Shown here: one piece after another, positions 1 through 21,522 of the stretch
Layout of the letters: each line of letters starts with the position of its first letter
Position numbering within the stretch: position 1 is the first letter of the stretch
Source: the human T2T-CHM13v2.0 reference genome, Homo sapiens
NCBI RefSeq assembly: GCF_009914755.1
Contig: NC_060946.1
Length of the DNA: 64,000 nucleotides
Direction: 5' to 3' (one strand)
Made by a program: the position numbers and the translations under genes
The notes under the pieces: generated by a model
Database searches by the model: none
Told to the model about the DNA's origin: nothing
What the model saw: only the letters and a program-made list of their open reading frames with translations

Positions 1-429
1 GACTCTCTGGTCAATTTCTAGTATTTCCTCTGAGCCCCAAGGGCAGCATTGTGCAATAAGCTGCCTTGTCTGGCCTCTCTTGCTGTGCCCATACCTACTA
101 AACCCCCCGATTATGGCCTTGCGGGGAGTGTTCCCGTCCAGTCTCAGAGTAGGAGCACACGTGGAGGCCCTTTCCTCTGTGGTACCCTCAACCCTGCTCT
201 GCACTTCAGTAGTCCTGCTTGACCCACAGATCCCTCCCACCTTCTGCGCCCCCCATGCCCAGGGCTGCTTCTGTTGCTTCCCTCACCTTCCCTTCCAGCC
301 CAGACTCCCACTCCCCTGCAAGCCATCCAGAAGAAGTCTCACACTAAGTCGTGGAAAATGCACAAGCCAGAAACAGCACAACTGTCCAACCACAGGGCAA
401 GGAATAAGGAACTTGTGAAAGTTAGCCAC

Positions 430-780
430 AAACATAACATGGCAACGAATCAAAGTCGTTACATACAGCCACATGGACAAATCTCACAGAATATTGAGTG
501 GAAAAAAGAATAAAATATATGCAGTATGATTCCATTTTTGAGAAGTTCAAAACCAGGCAAAACAAAACTATTCTTTGGGGGTGCGAGAACATGGTAACTA
601 CAAAAGCCGAGGTCCCGGTGGTCTCTAGGAGGATGTAGAGAACAGGTTGGGGAGGATCTAGAGTGCTAGGGATCTCCAGGTCTTGATTGGAGTAGTGGGT
701 TTATAATTCAGCAACCCCTACAGATATGTTTGCTGTGCTTTCCTACATATATGTTATTTCATGAAGAAAAAAAAAAACCC
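430..780 (+). mobile_element. Old L1M (L1ME-like) 3' end fragment
   Basis: catggacaaatctcacagaatattgagtggaaaaaag...agtatgattccattttt...gttcaaaaccaggcaaaac resembles the ancient L1 3' terminus; boundaries approximate. Confidence 0.55.
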
Positions 781-1534
781 TAGCACCCCATCCCCCCACT
801 CTGCCTTGACCGGCTCAGGGCACAAGCCCCCTAGTGTGCACACCTCTTACCCTGTTGGCCTCAGTGGGGAGCATTGGATGGGGAGCTTCCAGGGCCTGAG
901 GACAAAGGGATGGCCCACCACTCAGAGGTCCCACCTTTATTCCTTCCTCTGGGGTGTCTCCCTGTCCCAGGTTGTCACATCCCAGCCCCAGCCCCACTGT
1001 GTTCTCTGCGGAGTTTGGCTGTGTTGACCTGGAGCACCCAGTTTCCTGGCTTCCTTGGGTGGCCTTACCTGACCTAGGTCTGTTTCTTACAGAGGGATCT
1101 GCTCTAATGAGCCATTCCAGTGCCCCAGGTTTAATTTAATATCTGGTGGGATAGTCTTGGTCTTCGTCATTTGTTTCTGTCACATGGTCACCTGCTCACT
1201 TACAGTTAGGGGAAAGCTTACAGGGAGTCATGCCTGGGAATGTTTGATTCTATGTGAGAATATCAGTCACATAGCAAGGTGAACTCTTACTCCGTGTCAG
1301 ATGGACATTGGCCATGGAAACCAGGATCCTTGTCCTTATGGAGAGGAGTGCTGAGAGAAGACAGGGAAGTGTGATGAGGGCTGCAGAGCAGGTTGGCAGC
1401 CTGTGGGAACCTGCACTGAGCAAGTCAGACAAGGGAAGGAATGTTTCACTGAAGGCCTGAGGGATGGAGAGGGAACAAGAGGGAAGACACTCAGCCACGT
1501 CTTCATTTCCTTTAGCCCTGACAACCATGCTTTA

Positions 1535-1935
1535 TGATAGGTATTATTATTCCCATTTTACAGATGTGGAAACTGAGGCACAGAGGGGTTAAAGAGCCCA
1601 GCCCAAGCTCACTCAGCTAACTTGTGGCAGAATGAGGACTTAAAACTCCAGTCTAGATGATTCAGAAGCTGTAAGCAAGGAGGCTGCTACCACAGTCATG
1701 GTCAGGAATGACGGTGGTTTCACTGGTTATGGAACAAGTAGATGTGTGGGCTCAAGAGAGGTACTAATGATAGAATTGATGTTCTATGGACTTAGGGAGG
1801 GATCAGTCAGAGACAACTCGCAGCTTCGGCCTTGATCAACTAGGAGGACTGATTCACATTCACCAAGATGAAGAAACGGGAAGAGCAGATTTGGAGGGAA
1901 AAAGGTCATTCATCTAAATTTGATACATTCTACTT
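1535..1935. mobile_element. MIR core followed by an L2 fragment
   Basis: attattattcccattttacagatgtggaaactgaggcacagag is the MIR core; the following purine-rich segment (ttgatcaactaggaggactgattcacattcaccaagatgaag) is L2-like. Confidence 0.6.
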
Positions 1936-2832
1936 CAGTTAAAAAAAAAAAAAAGAAAGAAATGGGTTGATTGAAAACAAAACAAGATGATTCCATGCCT
2001 AGAACTCCCGCTCTGTGCCACCCCTCCTTCAATCTCAGCATTCTCACACCCTTCGCCCTGCTTCCTTCCAGCGTCCTCATGTATACGTGTACCTCTGATC
2101 CTTGGGCCCTCCAATATCCAGTGCCAAGCAGATTGCATTTCAGAGAACCACCTAGACGACACTGTCCTTGGCCACACCATTCACCACCTCACCCGTGCTT
2201 TCTCCTGACCTTCTCAGGGTGGAGTTCCCTTGGTCTTTCTAGTCCTGAGACCATTCTCTGTGTGCAGAGCTGGCTTCATAGGTGTGCAGCCTCTGCAGTT
2301 ACACACGACCCCACACTCAGAAGGGCCCACCTTCCGTTTAATGCTCCTCTGTTGCAGTCTTGAAATTACTAACATTAAACAAAGGACCCCACACTTTCAT
2401 TTTTCACTAGGTCCCTCCCACAAATTATATAGTCGGTCCTGTATGTATGTCTGCAACATAATGAGGCAAACCAACGTGCGGCAGCCTTTCCCATCCGTGG
2501 CAGTGAACCTCATTTCCATCTAGGAAGTCCAACTTCTTCAAATCACAGGGAGACAAAGCAAAAAAAGGAGCTCAATTTTTTTTGTTTCTATGAAATACAG
2601 TTTTATGTGTAGTTTTATGTTTCTTCCTGATAATAATTTAGGAGGGAACCCTGAGGAACAGGATACAGAAATAACAAATTATGGGCCATTAACTGTGGCT
2701 AATTATTTCTTTATAGCTTAGAGTGGAGGCACATCTGAGTTGCTTTGGCACTCACAGTTACAGGAAGGGAGGGAGGGCAGCTTAAATACAATATAGAACC
2801 CGTGGGGAGACGAAGGGAGGAGCAATTTATTG

Positions 2833-3039
2833 CAGGTTCGGCATCCCCAATCCAGAATCTGAAACGTTTTGAGAACTGACATGCTCAAAGGAAATGTTCA
2901 CTGGAGCATTTTGGATTTCAGATTTTCAGATTAGGGATGCTGAACTATTAAGGATAATGCAAATATTCCAAAATCCGAAAAAATAAAAAATCCAAAACAC
3001 TTCTGGTCCCAGCATTTTGGATAAGGGACATTCAACCTG
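2833..3039. mobile_element. Tigger4a/MER46-type non-autonomous DNA transposon
   Basis: Terminal inverted repeats CAGGTTCGGCATCCC ... GGGACATTCAACCTG followed by TA; internal ttttggatttcagattttcagattagggatgc typical of MER46. Confidence 0.7.
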
Positions 3040-3257
3040 TAATCTCAGCCTAGCTTCTGAAGCATAAAAGCATAGCAGCAGACAAACATGCAAATAAACT
3101 TATGTCCAACCCAAAAGTCTAATATCTGGTTTGACTTTGTGGAAGAAAAGGATTTCCTGTTTCACAGAATCCTTTTGTTCCTTGCCCTTTTTACCCAGAG
3201 AGAGAGAGAGCTGCTTAGCATAAGTCATGGAAGGATGGCTGGGGACTATCAGAACCC

Positions 3258-3790
3258 TCAAGAGAAAGGTTTGTTGGTCTGGTTTATGCTGTATTTAGGA
3301 GAAGGCCCAGGACTGTTACTACAGTCAAGACTGGAACGAGGACTCAGGGCAGGGGTGGGGTGGGTAGTGGATGGAGAAAGAGGAGAGTAACCAGGAAGAG
3401 AAATGGGTACCCAGGTATCCTCTGAGGGTGACTCGAAAGAGAGATCAAAAAGCAACTGACTGTGAAAGTCAGGAATCACTTTTGCCATCACCGGAATCCA
3501 TGAATGTTGAAGATCGACTGAGCAGGCTGTTTTCTTTCTGGTGATGGACAGTTCCTTCTAGATGCAGCAGAGGTACAATTCCATACTGTAATATGTTGGA
3601 TAATGAGCCTTCAACTGGGTCTAAAATTAGGACTTTGACACACAAGAAAAATGTCTTCAGGCTTCAGGTTTTTGTTATCTGGTTTCTTTTGGATACTTTT
3701 AGCTCTTCGTCTATCCTCCAGAAAAGACCAAGCTGACCCACTCATTGTCAGCACAAAGAATGCTGTAAGGGTCACTGAAGACAAATCGTG
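3258..3790 (-). pseudogene. Fossil gene exon (most 3' exon seen; may extend to ~3100)
   Basis: Acceptor tttgtcttcttttttcttattcccaaacCAG; phase-1 entry ARFVFSDPYSILCADNEWVSLV; after two compensating frameshifts the same frame gives TQLKAHYPTYYSMELYLCCI*KELSITRKKTACSVDLQHSWIPVMAKVIPDFHSQLLFDLSFESPSEDTW and a Ser/Pro-rich tail (ORF 3258..3491). Confidence 0.7.
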
Positions 3791-4055
3791 CTGGTTTGGG
3801 AATAAGAAAAAAGAAGACAAACTCCTCTTGCCACAACTATGTGCTAGCCTAGAAGTGCACTTTAGTCATTTATTACCTCATTTAAATTGATCTATCATAT
3901 GATCAACATGACTCACCGGTGCCTAGAGACTCTCTAACTTGTTTTTCCTGGCCCTGTGCCCTACTCAATACCCCACACCCCAGATTTACTCCTTATTACA
4001 GCTGGCTTGTGGGAAATGGGACTGGCCTGGGGTTCTCAAGAGTGGGCTGAGCTAC

Positions 4056-4323
4056 CTCTCCAGTAGTGCTCTCGAAAGTGGCTATTGTTTCTGAACTGAG
4101 AGCTCTGCAATGAGCAGACACTGCATGGACTGTTCTTCTGAAGATTTAATTCCACATATATAGACATTGCCCAAGAAGGCTCTTCCTTTAGCATGGTTTG
4201 TATGCTCATGTTCCAGTCTTCTTATTTCCTACCTGGAGAACTCTTGCTCTTCATTGATCCATTAATTCTTGGTGTGCCAATTTGTGTTTCAGCTGTGCCA
4301 AAATGAAGGATCGGGATTATCTT
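4056..4323 (-). pseudogene. Fossil gene exon, 268 nt, phase 0 to 1
   Basis: Acceptor ttctttttgttTAG, donor GAG/GTAGCT; KIIPILHFGTAETQIGTPRINGSMKSKSSPGRK*EDWNMSIQTMLKEEPSWAMSIYVELNLQKNSPCSVCSLQSSQFRNNSHFREHYWR, one stop in 89 codons. Confidence 0.75.
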
Positions 4324-4435
4324 CTAAACAAAAAGAATGACCTCCTTCTCCTGCGTCTAGGCCCTAAGGCATTTCCCTGCTCACTAATGGGATTAAGAAT
4401 ATTTTCATATGTTTATTGGCCATTGTGAATTTTTC

Positions 4436-6585
4436 TTTTTTCTTTTTTTTCTCTTCTTACAAACAGATGTTTTATTGCATTTGGTCCACAGTCGTATTTC
4501 ACATTATCTCATGGAGCAGGGCCCCTGGGTGTGGGTCCCTGTGCAGTACTTGGTGGGGCATGTGGCCAGGGGAGATGGAGCAGTATAGCTGGTCAGGCCA
4601 AGAAAGGGAGAAGGAGGGCTGGGGGCTCTTTAAAACCTACTGAGAGGTCAGGCGCAGTGGCTCATGCCTGTATTCCCAGCACTTGGGGAGGCTGCAGCAG
4701 GCAGATCACCTGAGGCCAGGAGTTTGAGACCAGCCTGGCCAACATGGTGAAACCCTGTCTCTACTAAAAATACAAAATTTAGCCAGGTGTGGTGGAGCAC
4801 CTGCAGTCCCAGCTACTTGGGAGGCTGAGGCAGGAGAATCCCTTGAGCCCAGGAGGTGGAGGTGCTGTGAGCACGCCACTGCACTCCAGGCTGGGCAACA
4901 ACAACAACAAAACCTACTGAGGTCACAGTGTGGGGAGTTAGCATAGAGAGGGGGTCAGGCTTAGCCCTAACAACTCAGAATTCCACTTCCTTGTACAGGC
5001 CTCACTTTCCCCACCGAGCCCTGGGGCGGGTCTGAGGGTCTGAGGTCTGTTGGTCTGAGGGTCCTAGGGAAATCCAGCCACTTGGGAGCCTGAGATATTT
5101 AGTATCGTGGCCAGGCCCCCTTTCCCAAGGGACTTATTTCCCAGCACCCTCTCCACTGTCCCTGCCCCATTCCTCGGAAAAAAAAAAAAATGTATTTTTC
5201 TTTTGTTAATACTTCCTGAAGCTTTAGCAGGTACAGAAACCACAAACTGATCAGCTGACAAAAGGGAGAAAAGGAGAGGCAACTGGAAACCTTCGGGGAC
5301 CAGTTCCCTCCAAGCCCAGGTCTCTTCTCCCCAGCACAGCTTGGCCCACAGCCTGGACATGCCAACAGGGACCCTCACCCTACACTTAGCGGGATATGGC
5401 CTTGACTCCTTCCCCCACAGCCTGGTGGCTCAGTCCTGCGAAGGACCAAGGCAAAGGGGAAAGAAGCCCTGCTGCCTGATCCCATGCTGCCACTCACAGA
5501 CCCTCGGTTGATTGGCAGCACTGAACAGGTTAAGAGGAAAAAGACATGAAAACACAGAAAAACCCAAAAACCCAGACGGGGAGATGATGTGGGGAGAGAG
5601 CATGCTGGCAGACTTCATAGTCAGCTTCCTCCTGGTAGTAAGGGGGATATTCAGGGACCTCCCCGGGGCCCAGGCAGTCGCCGGCGCCTGAGGGAGCCCC
5701 CACTGTGCCTTGCGGGCAGTACTTGGGGTCGTATATCTGCTGGCCCAGGCCAAGACCTGGCTACTCTGGTTGGTGTCCTATGTCTAACCCATCTGCAGGG
5801 ATATGGAGGAGTTACCACACTTGTCGGTTCCCAGCTTGGTGTCAGAGATGTGCCGCTGCGTCCCAGGAGCCGTCATGGCCACCTGGCTGACACACTTGTT
5901 TATACGCATCTGGACACTGATGATGGAGTGGTCCATGGGGGGCAGGATGTAGTTGTTGGGGTCGTAGAAATGCCTCCTCATGCCGTATGCGGTCATCCCT
6001 GACTGGCTGGCGCATTTGTTGGTGCCCATCTGCAGCCCGAGGATGCACTGGCCAGCCTTCAAGGGGGGTTGTCACAGTTCCACTCCTGCTTCTCCAAGTA
6101 CTTGATGCCAGTGTCCACCCTGCTCTGCAGCTCCTTAGTCTTGGCCTTCCTCACCAGGGCGAGAAGAGACACCTGCAGCTGTGTCATACTTCTACTCTCA
6201 AACAGGTCGTTGGCCTCGAACAGGTCCATGGGGTTCATCCGTAGCTGACCATGGCCTTGATGAAGTTGGAGAGGTTTTCTAGCTGGTGCCAGTTCTGCAT
6301 GGAGTGATTGATCTTGGGGACTGAGCCTGGCTGTAGCTTGTTCATGAGTGCGCATAAGATAATCCCGTCCTTCAGGCCCTTCTGGAAGTCGGGACCGATG
6401 AAGAGTCCTGTGAGTCCCTTGATCCAGCTGTGGAGCTCTGCCTCCTTCTGGGGGTCATATTTGGACAGAAGCTGGTTCTTGACCTCAGCCCACAGCCCAT
6501 ATGAGGGGCCCTTGTTGAACTGCGTGGAGCTCATGGCTGGCAGACACGGCGGCGGGATGGGACCGGACAGGACGGGACAGTACCC
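4436..6585 (-). pseudogene. CNN2P1: Processed pseudogene of calponin 2 (full-length retrocopy: 5'UTR, CDS remnant 6534-5615, 3'UTR, polyA)
   Basis: ORFs [14 protein letters not shown]..., [15 protein letters not shown]... and [27 protein letters not shown]... match calponin 2; no introns; frameshifts near 6240, 6065 and 5752 and premature TAG at 5786-5784; AATAAA at 4476-4471, polyA tail, TSD GTGAATTTTTC at 4425-4435 and 6586-6596. Confidence 0.95.
4646..4908 (+). mobile_element. AluS inside the CNN2 retrocopy 3'UTR
   Basis: Alu dimer with 13-bp TSD AAAACCTACTGAG at 4632-4644 and 4909-4921. Confidence 0.9.
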
Positions 6586-7068
6586 GTGAATTTTTCATTC
6601 TTATCTGCCCACTTTTATTGGGTTGCTTTTTCTTACTGGTTTATAAAAGCCATTATATATTGGAGCTTTGAACTTTTTATTAAATGTAATATAATCCCAG
6701 GCTGTCACTTGTTTAAACTGAATTTTTTAGTGGCATCTTTGTCAGTTACTAAGCTACTGTCTCTCGGCTTCCAACCTGCCCTTCTATATTCAGGTCTGGG
6801 ATGCTGGAACTGAAACTGAAACTATAGTCCTCCTTAGCCAGCTGGCCTTCTGATAGGTCCCGCCAACAAGGGGAGCTAGAGAGAGACTCGAAGCCAGGAG
6901 GAGGGTAGAAGGAGTTGCTCCTTCCTGTTTTGCTTGATGCTTCAGTCAGTGTTGTTCCAGCATTGGCTTCTTACCATGAAGGTAGCACTTGGTTCCAGTT
7001 TCCAGCCTCTTGCAGCAGTCCCAGAATGATCCTCATTCCAACCCTTGGTGGTAACAGCCAGGTTATAT

Positions 7069-7450
7069 CTGTGGTAGGCAGAATAATGGCTCTCCAAAGA
7101 CATCCATGTTCTCATTCCCGGAACCTGTTGAATATGTTATCTTAAATTGCAAAAGGGACCTTGCAGATGGGATTAAGATGAGGACTTTGAGATGGGAGAT
7201 TATCCTAGGTAGTCTGGGTAGGACCAATGTCATCACAAGGGTCCTTACAAGCCTAAGAGGAGAGCAGAAGGGTTAGTGTCAGAGTGATGTGATGTGTAAA
7301 GGACTCAACCAGCCATTAAAGAGGAAAGAAGGAATCATAAGCCAAAGAAGGTGGGCAGCCTCTAGAAGCTGGAAAAGGCAAGAAAATGGATTATCTCCAA
7401 GGGCCTCCAGAAAGGAACACAGTCCTGCTGGCACCTTGATTTTGCTCAGT
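7069..7450 (+). mobile_element. MaLR LTR fragment (MLT1-type)
   Basis: tgtggtaggcagaataatggc...gcagatgggattaagatgaggactttgagatgggagattatcct...ctagaagctggaaaaggcaagaaaatggattatctcc is typical of MLT1. Confidence 0.75.
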
Positions 7451-8276
7451 GAGTTCAGCCAAGAATGGCTGTTGAGGTGCTGGAGAGCAGTGACCCCAGG
7501 GGCCCTGAGTTCTAGTATGATTCTGCCATTAACTAGCTGGCTTTGGAGACAACGTGGCCCCACCCTGAGCCTCAGTTTCCTTACTCACTGTATGCTGGGC
7601 ACCATTATCTCACAAAACAAAGTGGGTGTTGATATTTCTCATCCCCAATGGCTTTAAAGAGGGAAATGGAATAATTAGATGTGTGCTTCAGAAAGATCAC
7701 TTGGGCTGCGGTATTAAAAAATGGTTGGCTCTTTATTCTCATCCATGTTTGTCAAAAATCTTACCCATCTTTCAAGACTTGGTTCACATCTTCTGTCTTC
7801 CACAAGTCCCCTCCCCACCCTGCCTGACCTCTTAGTTGGAGTCATTATCTACCTGGCACTCCCCACAAAGCAAAGAACTACATATACTGTAAATCCCTTG
7901 AAATTGGACATCACGTGTTTCATCCACATGTGCTCCACCGGGCTAGGTCCATGCCAGGACTGATAAATGTGTGCAGAATTATCCTCTGCACTGAAAAACC
8001 ATTTTCGTGGGACAGAGGAAGAAATAATGGAGCCACTCAATACTTGTTGGGGACTCAAGCCTTCTTTTGATAAGGGAGTTTATCTGCAGGCCTCAAGGGG
8101 TGTACAATTAAGCACTGCAGGATGTATTTCCCCTAGCTCTGAAAGGTTCTGATCTGCCTTGAGTACTAATGTTGAAAAGGACTGTCTGGGAAACAGGCCC
8201 TGAGGTCAGCTTGGTTTATTGTCACTAGGCTTTAATCATATCCTGCAACTTGGAACCCTGAGAGGGTTCTTTTCAC

Positions 8277-8519
8277 CTTGCACAATACGATGTGAGCTTT
8301 GCCGAGCTGCACCATTGATAAATGGGAAAGAGCAATAGTGACCTGCTTTCTCTTTTGAGACTTTTGCCCATTAAATATATTCTTCCTTAGATCCAAGCAA
8401 TTCAATAGTATGGAAATAAAAAACTTTTGTTGAATACCTGTTCTACTGTTTGAAGAGCAGTCCTCCTGTTTCATAATTTAGAATAACTTGAAGAAAAAAA
8501 CCAAAATATCTATTATTAT
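8277..8519 (-). pseudogene. Fossil gene exon, 243 nt, phase 0 to 0 (alternative in-frame donor ending at 8343)
   Basis: Acceptor ttttccagtcttttctTAG, donor AAG/GTGAAA; IIIDILVFFFKLF*IMKQEDCSSNSRTGIQQKFFISILLNCLDLRKNIFNGQKSQKRKQVTIALSHLSMVQLGKAHIVLCK, one stop. Confidence 0.75.
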
Positions 8520-8608
8520 CTAAGAAAAGACTGGAAAATTTTTGTGACTTCTATAGAGTCTGTAACCAAGAACAGTATACCTAAGAAATCCAGAGATTTC
8601 CCAAATAA

Positions 8609-13410
<4,802 letters not shown>

Positions 13411-13445
13411 AAAAATTAAGACAAAACCCCTCAAAAAGTCATTAC

Positions 13446-13511
13446 CTTGCAAACAAAAAGAATTCCTTTTAAGCACGGCCTGACACAGAATGATGTGTTC
13501 GGTGAGACAAA
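13446..13511 (-). pseudogene. Fossil gene exon, 66 nt, phase 1 to 1
   Basis: Acceptor ttgttttctttctcgttgcttcCAG, donor AAG/GTAATG; (V)CLTEHIILCQAVLKRNSFCLQ, no stop. Confidence 0.8.
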
Positions 13512-13782
13512 CTGGAAGCAACGAGAAAGAAAACAATACCTCCTAGGTACATGAGGTCCCACTTATATTTTGAAGGCTGGAGAGACCTATGCCAAGGCTG
13601 TAGCTCAACGCATGAACGTATTTATCTTCGAGTCTTTGTACTTTCCTAGCACTTAGCAAATGATAAGCATTCATTAAATGTTTGTTCGAATGAACTTTTG
13701 TTTTGGCTGCTGAGAGACATGTGGCCTAATTGCTGTAGTGGTTATGACAATTTGGCTAGCTCCATGTGAATGATTTGAACTA

Positions 13783-14396
13783 TGTCAAGAGTGCCCAAGA
13801 CCACCCTCAGGTTCAGTAATTCACTAGGAGTCATAGGACTCCGTTAAACTTATGGTTATGGTTTATTATAATGAAAGGATACAGATTCGAATTAGCAAAG
13901 GGAAAAGGCACATAAGGCAAAGCCCAGGAGAAACCAGGCATAAGCTTTCAGCTGTCCTCTACTAGTCTCACAGACAGTGTTTAATGCTCTGAGTAATGAT
14001 GTTTGACACCGTGCAAATTGTTGCCAACCAGGGAAGCTCACTTCAGTCTCGGTGTTCAGGATTTTAACTGGAGGCAGTCATATAGGTATGCAGCCCCTGT
14101 GTAAATGACCTTAGCTGTCAATCTCCAGCTGCACAGGTCAAATTGACACTGTGTGGTCCAGGATTTCAGGCATACAAAAATAGGCATTCACCATAAATCA
14201 CATTGTTAGCATAATCTACCTGGACAAACAGATGCAGTGTGGCCCAAGGCCTCAGGCATACAAAGACACTCTTATCAGGCAGGATATTTCAAGCTTCAGA
14301 AGTTATCTCCCAGAAGCTGGTCAAGGGCCAGGCCATTATTTGGAATATGCAGGGCTTAAGTAACCCAAGCCTGCTGATTTAATGCTTTACTGCACA
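13783..14396 (-). mobile_element. LTR, MER21-like
   Basis: TG...CA ends; cccaagaccaccctcaggttcagtaattcactagga...tatggtttattataatgaaaggatacagatt resembles the MER21 family. Confidence 0.6.
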
Positions 14397-14584
14397 GACT
14401 GTATCAAGATTTTTAAACCAGGCTTCGTGAATAGCTATATATTCATGTGCATGTGAGGGCATATAATTCTCTCAAAATTCATATCTCATAATTTCTGTTT
14501 GTGTATTTTTTCTAGGTAAAAGATGTTTCACAGCTTTTGTCAGATTGTCAAATATCCCGCAACTCAGAAAGATTAAGAATCTGG

Positions 14585-19100
<4,516 letters not shown>

Positions 19101-19818
19101 GCCCGGCCAGCCGCCCCGTCCGGGAGGGAGGTGGGGGGCAGCCCCTGCCCAGCCAGCCGCCCCGTCCGGGAGGGAGGTGGGGGGCGCCTCCGTCCGGCCG
19201 CCGCCCCGTCCGGGAGGTGGGGGGCGCCTCTGCCCGGCCGCCCCTTCTGGGAAGTGAGGAGCCCCTCTGCCTGGCCGCCACCCCCTCTGGGAGGTGTACC
19301 CAACAGCTCATTGAGAACGGGCCATGATGATGATGGCGGTTTTGTGGAATAGAAAAGGGGGAAATGTGGGGAAAAGATAGAGAAATCAGATTGTTGCTGT
19401 GTCTGTGTAGAAAGAAGTAGACATAGGAGACTCCATTTTGTTCTGTACTAAGAAAGATTCTTCTGCCTTGGGATGCTGGTGATCTATGACCTTGCCCCCA
19501 ACCCCGTGCTCTCCGAAACACGTGCTGTGTCCACTCAGGGTTAAATGGATTAAGGGCGGTGCAAGATGTGCTTTGTTAAACAGATGCTTGAAGGCAGCAT
19601 GCTCCTTAAGAGTCATCACCACTCCCTAATCTCAAGTACCCAGGGACACAAACACTGAGGAAGGCTGCAGGGTCCTCTGCCTAGGAAAACCAGAGACCTT
19701 TGTTCACTTGTTTATCTGCTGACCTTCCCTCCACTATTGTCCTATGACCCTGCCAAATCCCCCTCTGCGAGAAACACCCAAGAACGATCAATTAAAAAAA
19801 AAAAAAGAAAAGAAAAAA
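19101..19818 (+). mobile_element. 5'-truncated SVA (end of VNTR, SINE-R, polyA), older B/C-like subfamily
   Basis: VNTR units gccgccccgtccgggagg, SINE-R ...gagaaacacccaagaacgatcaattaaaa; 16-bp TSD GAAAATAAAAAAGATC at 19085-19100 and 19819-19834. Confidence 0.95.
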
Positions 19819-20058
19819 GAAAATAAAAAAGATCAAGAATCTGGCCAATGATTCCAAGGATGATCAAGTTTAGTGAAAAGAATGAGATTTGTAATAAGTT
19901 GATCTGAGTTTGAATCTCCAACTTTACCACTTACCAGTTGCGTGTCCTTAGACAAATATTTCAAGTTCTCAGCAATTGTTTCCTAACAAGTTTAAAAATG
20001 GGTATAATCATAATTTCCCCATAAGATTGTTGTAGCATCAAATGAAATAACACATTAA

Positions 20059-20556
<498 letters not shown>

Positions 20557-20681
20557 TAGCTGTTAATGCTCATGTTGCAAAGAGCAGAACTTAGAGCATT
20601 AAACCAAGATTGTAAAACTTGATTGAGTCCTGGATTGCTATACGCAATGTTTAGTCTGCACAGATCCAGGTCCATAAACTT

Positions 20682-20973
20682 TTTTTTTTTTTTGAGATGG
20701 AGTCTCACTCTGTCGCCCAGGCTGGAGTGCAATGGCACCATCTCGGCTTACTGCAACCTCCGCCTCCCGGGTTCATGTGATTCTCCTGCCTCAGCTCCCA
20801 AGTAGCTGGGATTATAGGCCCATGCCACAACCTCCAGCTAATTTTTGTATTTTTAGTAGAGACGGGATTTCACCATGTTGGTCAGGCTGGTCTTGAACTC
20901 CTGACCTCGTGATCCACCTGCCTCGGCCTCCCAAAATGCTGGGATTACAGCCATGAGCCACTGTGCCCGGCCT
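20682..20973 (-). mobile_element. AluS inserted inside a fossil exon
   Basis: TSD GGTC(C/T)ATAAACTT at 20669-20681 and 20974-20986. Confidence 0.9.
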
Positions 20974-21021
20974 GGTCTATAAACTTCTAAGTATTTTCTC
21001 ATTTGTGAAAAAGCGAAAGCA

Positions 21022-21314
21022 GGTTAGGCGTGGTGGCTCACACCTGCAATCCTAGCACGTTGGGAGGCTGAGACGGGCAAATAGCCTGAGGTCAGGAGTT
21101 TGAGACCAGCCTGCCCAACATGGTGAAACCCCATCTCTACTAAAAATCCAAAAACTAGCCAGGTGTGTTGGTGCATGCTTGTAATCCCAGCTACTTGCGG
21201 GGACTGAGGCAGGAGAATTGCTTGAACCCAGGAGGGGGAAGTTGCAGTGAGCCAAGATTGCGCCATTGCCCTCTAGCCTGGGCAATAGAGCAAGACTCTG
21301 TCAAAAAAAAAAAA
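21022..21314 (+). mobile_element. AluS inserted inside a fossil exon
   Basis: TSD AAAAAGCGAAAGCA at 21008-21021 and 21315-21328. Confidence 0.9.
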
Positions 21315-21522
21315 AAAAAGCGAAAGCAATCTGTGCACTGCCTGTCTCTGAGGGTGGTTGTGCTGATCATCGGAAAATATGTATGGGAAAGCATGCTTAA
21401 AATGTGATTATTTTTATTGGCCCATCGGACATGTGGTAGCAAAACAAAGTTTTAAAAAATACATCATAAATATACCTCAGCCCACAAAGATCAACCTTAA
21501 GTGGACATCTTCAAATACAATA

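Noticed and set aside
2472-2535. Possible further minus-strand fossil exon (KLDFLDGNEVHCHGWERLPHV)
   Set aside because: Splice sites are ambiguous and the donor of the preceding exon is not defined; not supportable without alignments
3645-3675. NLKPEDIFL resembling the kinase catalytic loop HRDLKPEN
   Set aside because: No HRD, DFG or other kinase motifs at the expected spacing; not enough to name the fossil protein
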